Shown here: one piece after another, positions 10,137 to 22,205 of the stretch
How positions within the stretch are numbered: the first letter of the stretch is position 1
How the letters are laid out: every line of letters begins with the position of its first letter
Origin: Anthoceros angustus
Taxonomy: Eukaryota; Plantae; Anthocerotophyta
DNA length: 64,000 nt
Reading direction: 5' to 3'
Assembly: GCA_010909165.1 (NCBI GenBank)
Contig: MU008169.1
Location: forward strand, 1,736,001 to 1,800,000
Notes under the pieces: generated by a model
The model's database searches: none
What the model was told of the DNA's origin: nothing
Seen by the model: only the letters and a program-made list of their open reading frames with translations
Made by a program: the position numbers and the translations under genes

Positions 10137-13100
10137 ATGAGACCCAGAAATCGGCCCTCGGAGGAGGCGAGAGGGAGAGGGAGAGGGAGAGGCAGAGGCA
10201 GAGGCAGGTCCAGAGGCAGTGGCAGAGGCAGAGGGCGCGGCCGAGGCCTAAGTCCAGTGCGCGCAGCAGGCGCTGGAGGCGCGCCCAGGCGCCCCGGCCT
10301 GAGATCTAGGGTTCCATCGCTGCCGCGGGATGGACGCGCTGGAGCTCAGGATGTCCGCCTCAAGAAGAAGCGCAGAGCCTCCCACTCCCCTGACTACTCC
10401 CCTCCCAAGCGCATCAAGCAGAACCCTGAGCCCGACCCCGAGCCCGAGCCCCCCGGGCAGCGCAGGAGCGAGCGGCTCCGGCATTGCGTGAGGCTCAAGT
10501 ACAGGAATTATGACAGGTTCGGGACCCTGGAGCCTCTGTTGGTGCTGGACGATGCTCCTCGTTCTTGCCGGGACCGGGAGGGGGAAGGGGAGGAAGAAGA
10601 GGAGGAGGAAGAGGGGGAGGAGGGGGAGGAAGAAGAGGAAGAGGAGGAGGAGGATGAAGAGGAAGAGGAGGAGGAGGAAGAGGAGGAGGAGGAGGACGAG
10701 GAGTTTGAGGTGGTTCCCCGCTCGGGAGCGAAGGGGCCGAGGACGCAGCGGGGGAGGAGTAGGTCGAGGTGGCAGCTGCCCGGGGAGGGGGCGGAGGGAG
10801 GGAGGAGGGCGGCCTGGGTGGACGTAGGGCTGCAGGTGGCGCAAGAGGCGTCGGGGACGGGGAAGAGCGTTCGGGTGTGGAGGGGTGGCGAATTGGGAAG
10901 GGAGATTGGTGTTGATTCGTCTCTGGCCGGTGGAGTCGAGGAGCAAGAAGCCGGCGCTGGTTTTGATGATGCCCGGCCCCCTCCCAGGAAGCGGGTTAGG
11001 ATAGAGAAACGGTTGTCGGAGTTAGGGGATAGCGGGCCCGGCGGAGCTCGGGGGGATTCTGTGCCAAGTGGCGAGAAGCGGATTGGTTTGCTGGTGGAAG
11101 AGCGAAGGCAGAAATTGCAGGGTGATGAAGTTCCTTCCGCTGGCTGTACAGGAGTGAGGCGAGGGCAGGCTGAGCGGTTTGAGGTCCGGGGCGGGGGGCG
11201 CCGGGACGGCCGGCCTGGATTCGGGGTGGATGCAGCGGAAATTGGAGGTGCGGCACGCGGGGATGGAGAAGAGGTGTCGGGGGATGAGGATTTGTGTGCG
11301 GGACTGGGAGCGAGTCGGGGTGAGCTGCATGGTGCGGGTGACAGAGGGGGGGCTGGGCATGCAAGTCCGGGACTGGAGGGTGAGGGAGGGAGTGAAACGC
11401 GGGTCGGCGGCGAGTGTGGCGAAGTGGTTGGAGGAATTGGCCCTGAATCGCAGGCTGCAGAATGCGCACGGCCCGGGAACAAGTCTGCGTCGTGCAGTGC
11501 GAGGGAAGGTGGCGAAGGTCGTGGTAGCCAGGCTGATGGAGATGGCAACGAGCCTGATTCGCACGGCGATGTGTCGGGATGCTGTACGGTGGCCCAGTCC
11601 GGTGTCGACGAGGTACGGAGCGACGGTGCGGGTGCAGCTGTTGCTCGGTCGCACGATGATGTCGGCAGAACGGTCGCATCGGAGAGTGTCGGAAAGGCGG
11701 AGGGCATCGACGTGGCTGGAGGTACGCAGTCTGTTGTTCGGTCTGAAGAGGGAGTGTGTCGGCGATGTGAAGTAGGTTGTAGTGTAGCGGCGAAGGCGAA
11801 TTTTCCTGAGACGAAGGGAAGTTCCTTGGATGATGCGGAGAAGGAGGTTGAGGATGCGCCTCCTTCGCCTGCAAGTGACGGGAATCGGCACCCTGAAGTT
11901 GGGGATCTAGAAATGAGTGAGCTGCAAAAAGACTTGCTAGAGAGTTTTAATTCTTTCCAGGGACCTGATGATCGTGCCTTGGCGTCGGAAAATGTTCATG
12001 CCGAACGTGGTGGCAGTCCAGCTGCCCTCCTGGGCCAGGGTGATGTGCATGATCACAGAGTCATTGATGGCAACGATCCGCGAGAGGCTGCCAAAGAAGT
12101 GGTCACCGGACCTAGTGCAGCAGGTGATGCTCTCCTTTTTTGTTCGGAGGTTGATGCTGGCAGGACAACAAGATTGGCGGGAAGCGTTCAATCCTCTCCA
12201 AATGTGGTTGCAGCCTCAAGGAAGTCCACGGAGCTGTTGAATATGTCTGCACGTGATCAAGGTACTGTTTCGCAGGATGAGCATCGCCCTCCTCTGAGTT
12301 CAGATTCATATGCCAGTGCGAAAGTGTACTGTCGTAAAAAGAGGGGTAGAAATGTGCATCTCTATGGCATGGAAGTGATCGCTAGTGATGGAAACCTACC
12401 TCGTCTTGGGAAAGGTATCCAGGAACCTCAGAGCGGTACATTGTATAAGGAGGTTGTCAAGCATGGCCAAGGGACAGGCAGCTTTGTGTATGAACCCTTT
12501 GACCCAGAAGGGACCAGGCCAGTCTCATCTGGTGGGGCAAGTCAAGATGGTTTGCCTATGAGAGATCCTTCTGCTAGTGCGGATGAAACACCCTCTCATG
12601 ACACGGTTCTGCAACTTGCACCTGCACATGATGATGTAGGCTCACTGGATATAGTGAGGACTGAAGAGGAAGGAGCAGTTTTCCTTGAATATGAATGTGC
12701 GCTGTCCGTGCCTAGTTCAGTTACTGTCAAGCAAACCTCTGCAAAGCTTCAAGCATCTGTCCCTGCGAATGGGCATGAGACAAAACGTGGCACTGAGCAA
12801 GCAGAGAAGGAAATTTTAGTCTCTGGCCACACTGCTGAGCCAAATGTTTCAAGCAGTACTCGGGTGGTTGGTCATGTTGATGCCCCTCTTTTTACATCCG
12901 CTGTATCTAGTGAAGAGCATAGACAGAAACCATACATGAGCAATGCACCTGTGCAAGAGTCCATGCAGTGTGACACGCCTAGTTGGACGCGAGCAGGCTT
13001 TCCCAATATCACTTCGGGTGGTTTGATTGGAGAAAGACCGTTGGGTAAAGACGCTGATACAAATGTGATGAACTTGCCAGAATCTCCTCTTGCTAGGGGT

Positions 13101-16100
13101 GAGCATCCTATGCAAGAAGGCATAGAGGCCTCCTTAGTGGATAAGTCAGCTGCATTAGCTGCAGGGGAGGGACGGCAGGAACTAAAAGCTGGTGTGCCTC
13201 TTTCACAAGCGATTGAATTTTGGATGTATGTCAAGGGTTATAGGCTTCCCTTATATAATGTGTCAGGCGCTGTGAGAATAGGGGAATCGATTAGAGACAA
13301 TCGCTTGGAAAATAGAACCTTAATATCGCTGTGCATTGGCAAGCATTGGCAAGTCAGCGGAAGTAGACAGGAATGTCAAGGTGGTGCTTTTCGTCATGGA
13401 GAAGTGTGAAGTCTGACAAGTTTGTGTTGGATGGAACAGGAATCGAGACTGATAAAGACACTGCAAGGGCGGACAAAAGAATCGTGAGCAAGTGGTTTGA
13501 TGATGCAGGTCGCAGTAATGCTGCCAGATTGGGCCCTGCCAGCATGAAAAGTTTGAAATGTGGCCTTTGTGGAGGAAGCAGTGATGGATGCCCTCCTAGG
13601 ACACTGGCAGTGGAGGAAGGGAGAGTTTTGCATGGCAGGTCTATCCTTGACAAGGGACCAGGATTTCAAAACTGTGAAGGGTGGTTAGGAGAACTTCTTG
13701 GCCCTATCACGCCACGGACTGGTGTGAAGGGAGTCTGGGTTCACCGACAGTGTGCCATCTGGAGTCCTGAGGTGTGTAGCACTGTACGCTTTAGCAAAAT
13801 AAAAAAATCGCCTTAATTTGTACCGTCAGACCTAGTTTTCATGTCTGTAGTAATGTCTACTGCCCTGCCCACATAGGTCTATATGTCTGGAGTTGGACGG
13901 ATGAAGAATGTGAAAGCTGCACTTCGTCGAGGTCGCTACTTGAGGTGCACATCGTGCAATCGACCTGGAGCCACTATTGGGTGCTCGATGGAGCACTGCC
14001 CACGCACATTTCACCTGGTATGTGCATAACAGAGATGCACCCTGTTTCCAGTTTCTCTGCCTGTGGGTCTTCTCTTTGCTAACATGTGTTTGATCTGTGT
14101 TTGCAGCCATGTGCTCGACTTGAGGGATGTGTCTTCGATCATGAAAAATATGCAATGCTTTGCATTGATCATATGTATTTGCTGCACCCTTGGTGCCAGA
14201 CGAAGACAGGGCGCGGTGGCAATCAAGCTAGTCGTCAGCCTCAAGATGAAAAAGATTTCCATGAGAGTGGGGTCTCGAAAATGGTCCGGGAGAGGAGGAT
14301 TGCTGCTGCATCTGCCAGATTAAAAGATCTAGAGGCTGAAGAGAGATGGATTGAAGCCACAACAGAAGATGAAGAGTTTCTGAGACGGGAACGGAAGCGT
14401 CTGCAGCGGGATACTGCCAGAATAGCTCCGGTCCATCTTGGTGAACTGTCAGAAAATAAAGATGCTGCATCCTATGCAGAAGGCTGGGAGTCTGTGGCAG
14501 GTTTGCAGGAGGTTATACAGTCTTTAAAGGAGGTGGTTATATTACCTCTTCTGTACCCTGATGTTTACAGAAGACTTGGGGTATCAGCCCCTCGTGGAGT
14601 TCTGCTGCATGGCCACCCAGGAACTGGAAAAACTCATGTAATTCGCGCAATGGTAGGGGCTTGTGTACGGAGTGGCTACAAGGTGGCATATTTTGCACGG
14701 AAGGGTGCAGACTGTCTAGGCAAATATGTTGGGGACTCTGAAAGGCAACTTAGACTTTTGTTTCAGATGGCAGAGAAAAGTCAGCCTGCCATCATTTTCT
14801 TCGATGAGATTGATGGGCTTGCGCCCAGCAGAACAGGCCAGCATGATCAGACACATAGCTCTGTTGTTTCAACTCTTCTTGCGCTTATGGATGGACTTAA
14901 TCCACGGGGTTCTGTGGTGGTTATTGGTGCAACAAATAGGGCTGATTCACTGGATCCTGCACTGCGTCGCCCTGGACGATTTGATCGTGAGATCTTCTTC
15001 CCTTTACCTTCGGCTGCAGACAGGGAAGCAATCCTTGCACTTCATACGCAGAAGTGGGTACCATGCCCATCTCGAAGACTTCTCTCAGCTGTTGCTAGAG
15101 TGACAGTAGGATTTGCTGGCGCAGACTTGCAGGCACTGTGTGTGGAAGCTGCAATGACAGCTCTGAGGCGGGTTTGTCCATTGGTCCAGCTGATTGACTC
15201 TGCCCAAAAGGGCAATGTCCCAACTGACTTGCCGGAGCTTTCAACTGTGCAAGTTAGGGCTTCTGATTGGGCAATGGCCCTCACTCACTTATCTCCTCCA
15301 TGTTCGCAAAGACTAGCCATCTCAGCTTATGGTACTTGTCAGGCTCAACCACTTCCCAACCACATGATCTATCTTCTGCTACCATCTGTAGTAGAGGTGC
15401 TACTTGCTCTTCATCTTGATCGTAGACTGTTGCTACCTTCTCCACTCAAGGAAGTGGTCATGCTGGTTAGAGATACAATGACAGCAGGTGCTACACATGT
15501 TGGTTCGAGTTATAACCATATTCCAGCAAACTGGTCGTCGTTTCTCCAAGGGTGGCATCTTGAATCAGATTCAAGTAGAGCTGCTTTGAATTTAGCTTTG
15601 TTCAAAGCAGGGATTATAAGCAGTGCCAATGGATTTCAGTTAGTGTCCAAGCCAGGGACAGCTGAAATTGAAGAGACGAAAGGGAACCACTGTGCCATTG
15701 ATGTTGGTGCTGGTGTTTTGAGAAATGAGCTGCACGAAAACCCCCTCGATGAGAATCAGTCACCCGTTTCTGCACAAAGGCATTGGTTGCAAGGTAGGGT
15801 GAACGTGTTAATCGCAGGAAAACCAAAAGAAGGACAGAGACTTGTGGCAGCTGCTCTCCTTCATGGTTTTGAGTCTTTCTTACAAGTACGGATATTAAGC
15901 TTGCCCACAATGCTGCAAGAAGGAAATGGTGTCATCACTGATGGATTGCTGCTGATTCTTGGTGAGTGTCCTTTTCTGCCTGGATAGTATGCAGGAATGA
16001 GTATCCATGGCAGAAGCTACGGTTCCTCTTTCTGCATCCTTAAAAAGCTCTGTTTATCGCAGGTGAAGCAGTATGCTCAGCCCCGGCCATTGTCTTCATG

Positions 16101-18110
16101 CCAGAGTTTGACAAATGGGCACTAGAGGTCGTTCCTTCCGAGTGTATGGAAGACATTTCAATGTCTACTTGTGATTGTGAACATCAGGAGCAACGACATG
16201 GTTTGGCTGAAAGGTCAGCTGTGAGGTCCTTAATGGTTGCAACAGCACAATGGAAGGTGTTCACGCAATTTATGAAGTCAACATGCCACACCAAACCAAT
16301 CTTTCTTCTTGTAAGTGCCACCTTAGTTGATGTCGATGTTCCACCTTGTACTGTCATCGTTTCCTTTACTAACATTGGTCACTTACTGTGTACACAGGCT
16401 ACAAGTGAAAGGTGTGTCAACGAGCATCCTTCTGAAGTCCTTGATTTCTTCCACAGTTGCTCAGGAAGGTCCCACCCTTCTTGTTCAAAGCTATGGCCGT
16501 CTGCGGTTGTGGAAGTTCCTGAGGTTGAAAAAGCTGTCGAGATTCTTGACAAAGCTTCACAAGAAATCACATCAGCTTTGGCCCTGAAGTTTTTGAAGAA
16601 AATCCGTGGTTTAAAAGGAATACTTGACAGAGATGACTGCATCCCTGCTGGCACTTCAGGTGTTAGAGAAGGGGCCCCTTGTGGAGGGCAGGTTACAGTG
16701 GGGAGAATTAGAGAACCTGAAGAAAGAAAAATGTCTCTGGATGTGGACCAGAGTGTGGGGGTGGAACAAGCTATCATTGTTGGCGACAAAGGAAGCCCTG
16801 AAAGCACTCTGGTGAATACTTTGTGCTCTCTGAAGGTCAGTCCTAAACTTGATCAAACTGAGACTCAAGATGTGCAGCTAGAAGCAGTGTCAGGCGTCAT
16901 ACATCAGAAGTGCACTGAACAGCTTGAACAGAAGAAAAGCCATCTGCATGGACCATTGTCAGCAGACCAGGGGGTTCTGATCACTGCTATCAGCTATTGT
17001 GGATTTCAGCTTCTCCAGCATCCCCAATTTTCATTGCTGCGGCAGGCAACTTCTAAACTAAAACTTGGGCCAACAGCAATAATCCAGGATAGTTGTCAAT
17101 CGGGCAGCTCTAATTTGGATGATTACTGCCGAAGGTTTGCTCGACAGTTGGTTCATAGCGATGGGAGTAATGCCACTGAAGAGAGAAAGGAGCTAATAGT
17201 CAGTGGTATTGTTGCTGTGGGCTTGGCTGCTTATAAGGGTCTCTACATAACAGGAACTGAAGTTGTGAATGATATTAGGACTGTTGTTGAGGCCCTCTTC
17301 ACAAGAATTAGCAGGAGTCTTGAAAGTGGAGCAAACCGCTGGAACTACTTCCCTCTTTCAACACAAGCTGCTGCACTCCTAGATATGATGGGTGCCTGGC
17401 TGCATGAGCTGTGCAGGTAACTGTTTGCGTCGAGCACATTGGCTTGCTCGTTGTCTTAACTCATCTGAATTTCAGATCGGAGTCTTATGGCAACTTGTTG
17501 TGCTGCATACAGGTTGGAAAAAAGTGCAGGATTCTCTGCTACAGGCAGGATTCAGCTCAGTGAGGGTGGAAATGTAATTCAGGTCCCCACTGCAGGATCT
17601 CAAAACGGGTCTTGTCAGCAAGAGGTTCAGGTCATAGTAGACTCTGAACAGCCAGCTCGTGGGCATTCTATGTCCAGGCTCACGGATGAGCAATTTGGAG
17701 AAATTGGGTCCATGTATGTTGGTGATGAACTTAGTTGGAAGGGACCAGATTTTGGTCATGGGCAAGACAATGAAGTCAAGCCTATTCCCAAGAGCAGTTC
17801 AAATAGCAGAGGCGAGAATAAAGAGTGCTCAACAGCATGCCTGGAGAATCTTCGGGTTGCAGTGAAACGTTTTTTAGAAGAGACTTGGAAATCTCGTGGG
17901 TCACCCACAGTAGCAGACTTGCTGAATGACCTTATATTTGGTTGTCGAGTTTCAGCTATGAGAGCTTGTCGCAGATGTTTGAGAAGTTTCCGGGGAGGGA
18001 GATCTGACATGCAGTCTGACAGTGAGCCGGCCTGCGGGGGTTCCACTTGTCTTTATCCACTGGTTATGGCCTTGCAGACTCTTAAGCCGTATATTGGATC
18101 CCAGATGTAA
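10137..18110 (+). CDS. Extended-PHD (zf-HC5HC2H) + AAA ATPase, ATAD2/BRAT1 family, BRP1 (At3g15120)-like; multi-exon
   Basis: CGLCGG...WVHRQCAIWSPEV|YMSGVGRMKNVKAALRRGRYLRCTSCNRPGATIGC...FHL|PCARLEGC ePHD; Walker A GHPGTGKT, Walker B IIFFDEIDGLAP, SRH DPALRRPGRFDRE. Predicted introns 13192-13266 (optional, in frame), 13381-13439, 13772-13876, 14018-14106, 15962-16062, 16311-16397, 17417-17512. N-terminal ~1000 aa are low-complexity (RG repeats, poly-E). Confidence 0.88.
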
Positions 18111-19073
18111 CACAGAATGGGCTTTGGCATGAAGATTTACAGTCGGCAAATTTCCATTTCTCGCAGGTATGTCCACAGAACGCGCTAGTTGAGGTGGCGG
18201 CAATTGTAAACGCGCGAGGTCTTCTGCCTTTGTATAAACCTGTTGCAGAGCTCTTACGGGTTTTAATGATTTTCCATGCAGCTCTGCATCAACAGAGAAA
18301 GGATCTCCCAAATCTGTCGTCATCTGAACATTCGTGAGGTAATATAGTTGTGCGTCTATTCGCGGTGGGTCTTTACAGTCGTCACAAGTAGACTTATTGA
18401 ATCCTTCCAAGTCTCATATGTTTACGGTTTAGCTTGCAGAGCATGAGTTTTGTATGAGGCCATGAAGGCTTGACGACATACACCTCAAGTTGAAGCAACT
18501 CAGAATGCATCGGCAGGCACGGATACACATCTACTGGGCCCATCAGTGTTTTCTGCAACTTTTCGTTGGGAAAGTATGGACCTTGCCTCTTTGGGTACGC
18601 CATACCCTGTATGCCCCTAAACAGCCCCAAGACCCCAAGATCTAATAAACCATGGAGCCAAAACCCCTCCGACTAGAGGAATCTCTAACTCCGAGGAAAC
18701 TGTACACGGGTACTTGTGACTGTCAAACCTTTTTTCAGCACAGTAATCGAATTTAGCGGTCAAGGTGGTGGCTGGTCACAATGGCTGCTAAGGAGCTAAG
18801 GGAAGACATTTTTACAACTTCATTTCAAGGAAGAAAGCAGATCTATGGTACAAGTTTTGCTGCCTACAATCCAGTCGAGGGGAGTCCGCGAGCGTAGTGC
18901 CTGGTGATCTTGCCCATCTCTCAGATTGGAGTTCCGAATGATAATAGCCGGGCAGTGGTAGAGCACAATCAGTCCATGGTGGAGGTGGATGCGCTTTTTG
19001 CAGCCTATGGATCTTGTGTATGCGATGAACGCTGAAAATGAAGCGCAAAAGCTGAAGCCGCTTGGGAAATGGG

Positions 19074-19742
19074 TCATGAGCCGGACTTGTTGCGTAGAGT
19101 AGATGCCAGCCAATCCAGGCCCTCGTACAGGCCCTCTCCGGACACAGCACAGCAGCTCTGGAGAAACCAGACTCGGTTGCGAAAAGAAGAGAGCACCAGT
19201 TTCTCAGCAATTTGGCTTGTGCTCATGGCGTTGGGCAGGTCGCATTTGTTGGCCAGCACCAGCAGCTTCACATTCTGGAGCTCCGGGTCATTCATGAGGC
19301 TGTGGAGCTCGTCCCGGGCTTCCAGAATCCGCTCCGTGTCGTTGCTGTCCACCACGAAGATGAGGCCCTCGGAGTTCTCGAAGTAGAATCGCCACAGCTT
19401 GCGGAGCTTCTCCTGGCCCCCGATGTCCCACACCGTGAAGCTCACGTTCCTGTACTGCAGTGTCTCCACATTGAAGCCGATGGTGGGCACGGTGCTCACC
19501 GTGTCCCCCAGTTTCAGCTTGTACAGCAATGTCGTCTTTCCTGCAACACGAGGCGGTATCAAGCAAACCGTGCTCGAATGCGTGTACCAGTGTACCAAGA
19601 ACGTTACATTGCAGCAAATGCAGCAGGCTGGGCGCTGGGCCGGACAGTTCTTACCGGCACCGTCCAGTCCCACCATGAGAATTCGCATGTCACGGTGGCC
19701 CCAGGGAATGCTCTCCAAGAGCCGAGTCAGGAAGTTGCCCAT
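19074..19742 (-). CDS. ADP-ribosylation factor family small GTPase, 184 aa, one intron (19541-19654)
   Basis: N-myristoylation MGN, G1 GLDGAG|[23 protein letters not shown]; the GT-AG intron removes the insertion seen in the ORF-track translation. Confidence 0.93.
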   Translation of the reverse strand: MGNFLTRLLESIPWGHRDMRILMVGLDGAGKNCPAQRPACCICCNVTFLVHWYTHSSTVCLIPPRVAGKTTLLYKLKLGDTVSTVPTIGFNVETLQYRNVSFTVWDIGGQEKLRKLWRFYFENSEGLIFVVDSNDTERILEARDELHSLMNDPELQNVKLLVLANKCDLPNAMSTSQIAEKLVLSSFRNRVWFLQSCCAVSGEGLYEGLDWLASTLRNKSGS

Positions 19743-20944
19743 TGCCGGAGACTGAGAAAGCCTGGCGCTGCCCAAATTCCTCTTCCCAGCTGTGGGCACG
19801 CAAATTTCCACCGTCTAGCTGCTGGTGCAAGATGCCAAGGACCAGGTAGCAGAGCAGAGTGATGTGAATGACTGCAAGGACTGGCCTTCCTATAATGTCA
19901 CCTCCCACGGACATGTAGGCCAGTTGTCCACCGAATTAGCATTGGAGCTTGAGTGCGTTACAAGAAATAAAAAATGGACTGTTCCCCGAGTGACGGTGGC
20001 ACGCCAATAGGAGGCTGTGACGCTGATCCTGTTTCCACTCGTTTCCAGGAAAACCCCTTCGAAACTACATTGAAACCTTGCACTGCTGCCTACGCCATTG
20101 CTATCACCTTCACGACCCACTCGCCAGCCGTCAATGACGCGGTGAACCACGCATTTGCAAATTTTGTGATCCCCATGAGAATGGGCAACTAACTACACAT
20201 GGAGTTCAGCGATTCCAGATATTGTTTTCCTCTAAGCTCATGAATTTATTAAACATAAGATGGTGAAAGAAAAAACCTCAAGTGAAAAAAAGCAGACTCT
20301 AGTAACGTAGCACTACTCAGCTGGTACAGCTAACAATCAAGTTCCATGTGACATTAAATTAAAATTATGATCTTCAATAACCGCTTGCTAATTAATCACA
20401 ATTTCCTTATGTCCTTCACATTCCAATCAATTATAATACCTTGTTTTGCTGGAACTTTATTCACACGCCACTCTTCGAGTTTAATAACTCACTTTATAAA
20501 ATATTTAAATTAGTGTTTAGCAAACCTCTCTCCCAAGATGGGCTCATAGACTTAAATTAACCGATCAAACGTCGCAAATCAATGACCTCTTGAGTCATGA
20601 CACCATTAACTTTAATGATACAATGTAAAATACAAATCTCATAGTTCGTGGGTTTTTACTCCTATTCCAGTTCGGCCTCAAAACTAGCCGAAACTAAACC
20701 GACATGCAATCAATGCACCTTAAAGTGAATCGGGCGCCACGTGCGATTGCGTTCGCACCAATTGCTAATTCAATGCTAACATGCCTCAAAACTAAACCGA
20801 ATCGGCCGAATTGACTCTCCAAAGTTCCAGATCGTACATGTACTGAGCAAAATTGAACAAAACCTTAAAGTGCTTGTTGGACCCGAGTGGATCAACAATT
20901 GGACGAATTAAACTATGATGTAGTTGGCATGAATCGCTAGTCTA

Positions 20945-21805
20945 GTAGTGTCCTAAGGTATGTGGCGACTCCGCTTGTTTTGTTCTTTTATCCGCAGAGG
21001 GCATGGTTTTCCTAGTTCTTCTTTACGTCATGACCCTTGCACACTCGGCCTCCGCTAAGTTTTTGTTGTGTGTGCTGGGCGGTGTTGCATTGCTTGTTAA
21101 TTCTTTCCATGCTCAACACATTTTGTAACTCGTTATTTAAAATTCAGTTTTTTCTTGAAAAACTATCCTCAACATCCCAATTCGAACTGTTTGACCATCG
21201 GTTCAATCGACCCTCGACTCTCTTTTCTACACTTGACGCGCTCTTTCTAACGTTATTGCTAAAGGCTTTAAGCTAGCTAATTTTATGCTATGGTATAGTC
21301 TCTAATTGTTGAAGTTGAAGGTTCTTTAAGTTCTGCTTTGCCAATTGCATTTTTGTGCGTAATCTCCTCATCTCTAATTGTTGAAGTGAAGGTTGTTTAA
21401 GTTCCGTTTGCCAATTGCATTTTTGTGCAGGATCTCCAATTGCGTTGGTGAGAAGCTTGTCCGACTTGTCAATTATGGCGGACTCCTGCACTACCCAATT
21501 TTCTTGTTGCTAAAGGTTGTTCGACTTGCCAATCAATTTTATCCGCATGTAGAGTTTCCAACGCCGATGATCCCTTACTAGGGATCCCTGTGATAAGCCA
21601 CAAGTTCTTTCCGTATAAGCTCCTTACAGCTTGCTTTAGCCTTTCCATCTCTACTTTCTTATTGAAAGATTGTACCTTCTCCAACGTGATCACCGCTGCC
21701 TTTAAAGCGATTTTACTACGGTCCTGTTGCTTGGCATTGCTTTTCCTTTTGTTGGTCATGTTAGCTATACACGATAACCTCCTGCACTCCTTATCCTTTC
21801 TCCAC
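20945..21805 (-). pseudogene. Decayed coding exon within the array unit (TE accessory-protein-like), repeated in every copy
   Basis: After acceptor TTTTTAG it reads WRKDKECRRLSCIANMTNKRKSNAKQQDRSKIALK...LEKVQSFNKKVEMERLKQ...LEMRRLRTKMQLAKQNLKNLQLQQLETIP*, then continues through scattered TAG/TAA stops. Confidence 0.45.
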
Positions 21806-21922
21806 TAAAAAGATAATGTACGCTATGGATGAACTACGAGCGTTCTCAAATGAAAAGGAATATCAATAATGGTAATAATAATACTTAAATTGTTGTAGGA
21901 CATGATGTATATAGTCCATGGT

Positions 21923-22205
21923 CCTTGGCATATGAAAAGCATTGCAATATTTGGACATGTTTGATTCCTTGGCATATAAAAACTATACGCAATATTTGAG
22001 CATGTATGATTTCTTGGCATATGAAAAATATTTGCGCAATATTTGGGCATCTCTAATTCCTTGGCATATGAAAAGCATTTGCGTAATATTTGGGCATGTC
22101 CAATTCCTTGGCATATGAAAAAAAAAAACTTGCGCAATATTTGCGCATGTCTAATTCCTTGGCATATGAAAAAAAACTCGCGCAATATTTGGGGCATGTT
22201 TGACT
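21923..22205. repeat. ~46-bp sub-repeat, about 6 copies per array unit (first unit shown)
   Basis: ccttggcatatgaaaa(n)..tgcgcaatatttgggcatgtctaatt in direct tandem without unique spacers. Confidence 0.9.

Noticed and set aside
10248-11891. Long minus-strand ORFs (up to 399 aa)
   Set aside because: Stop-poor antisense of a GC-rich low-complexity exon
13333-13353. 10-bp duplication gcattggcaa as the cause of the frame change in the ATPase gene
   Set aside because: Removing it gives the wrong frame; a 59-nt GT-AG intron at 13381-13439 restores the frame
21923-22205. CRISPR-like appearance of regularly spaced ccttggcatatgaaaa repeats
   Set aside because: The intervening sequences are themselves homologous (pure tandem repeat), there are no cas genes, and the context is eukaryotic
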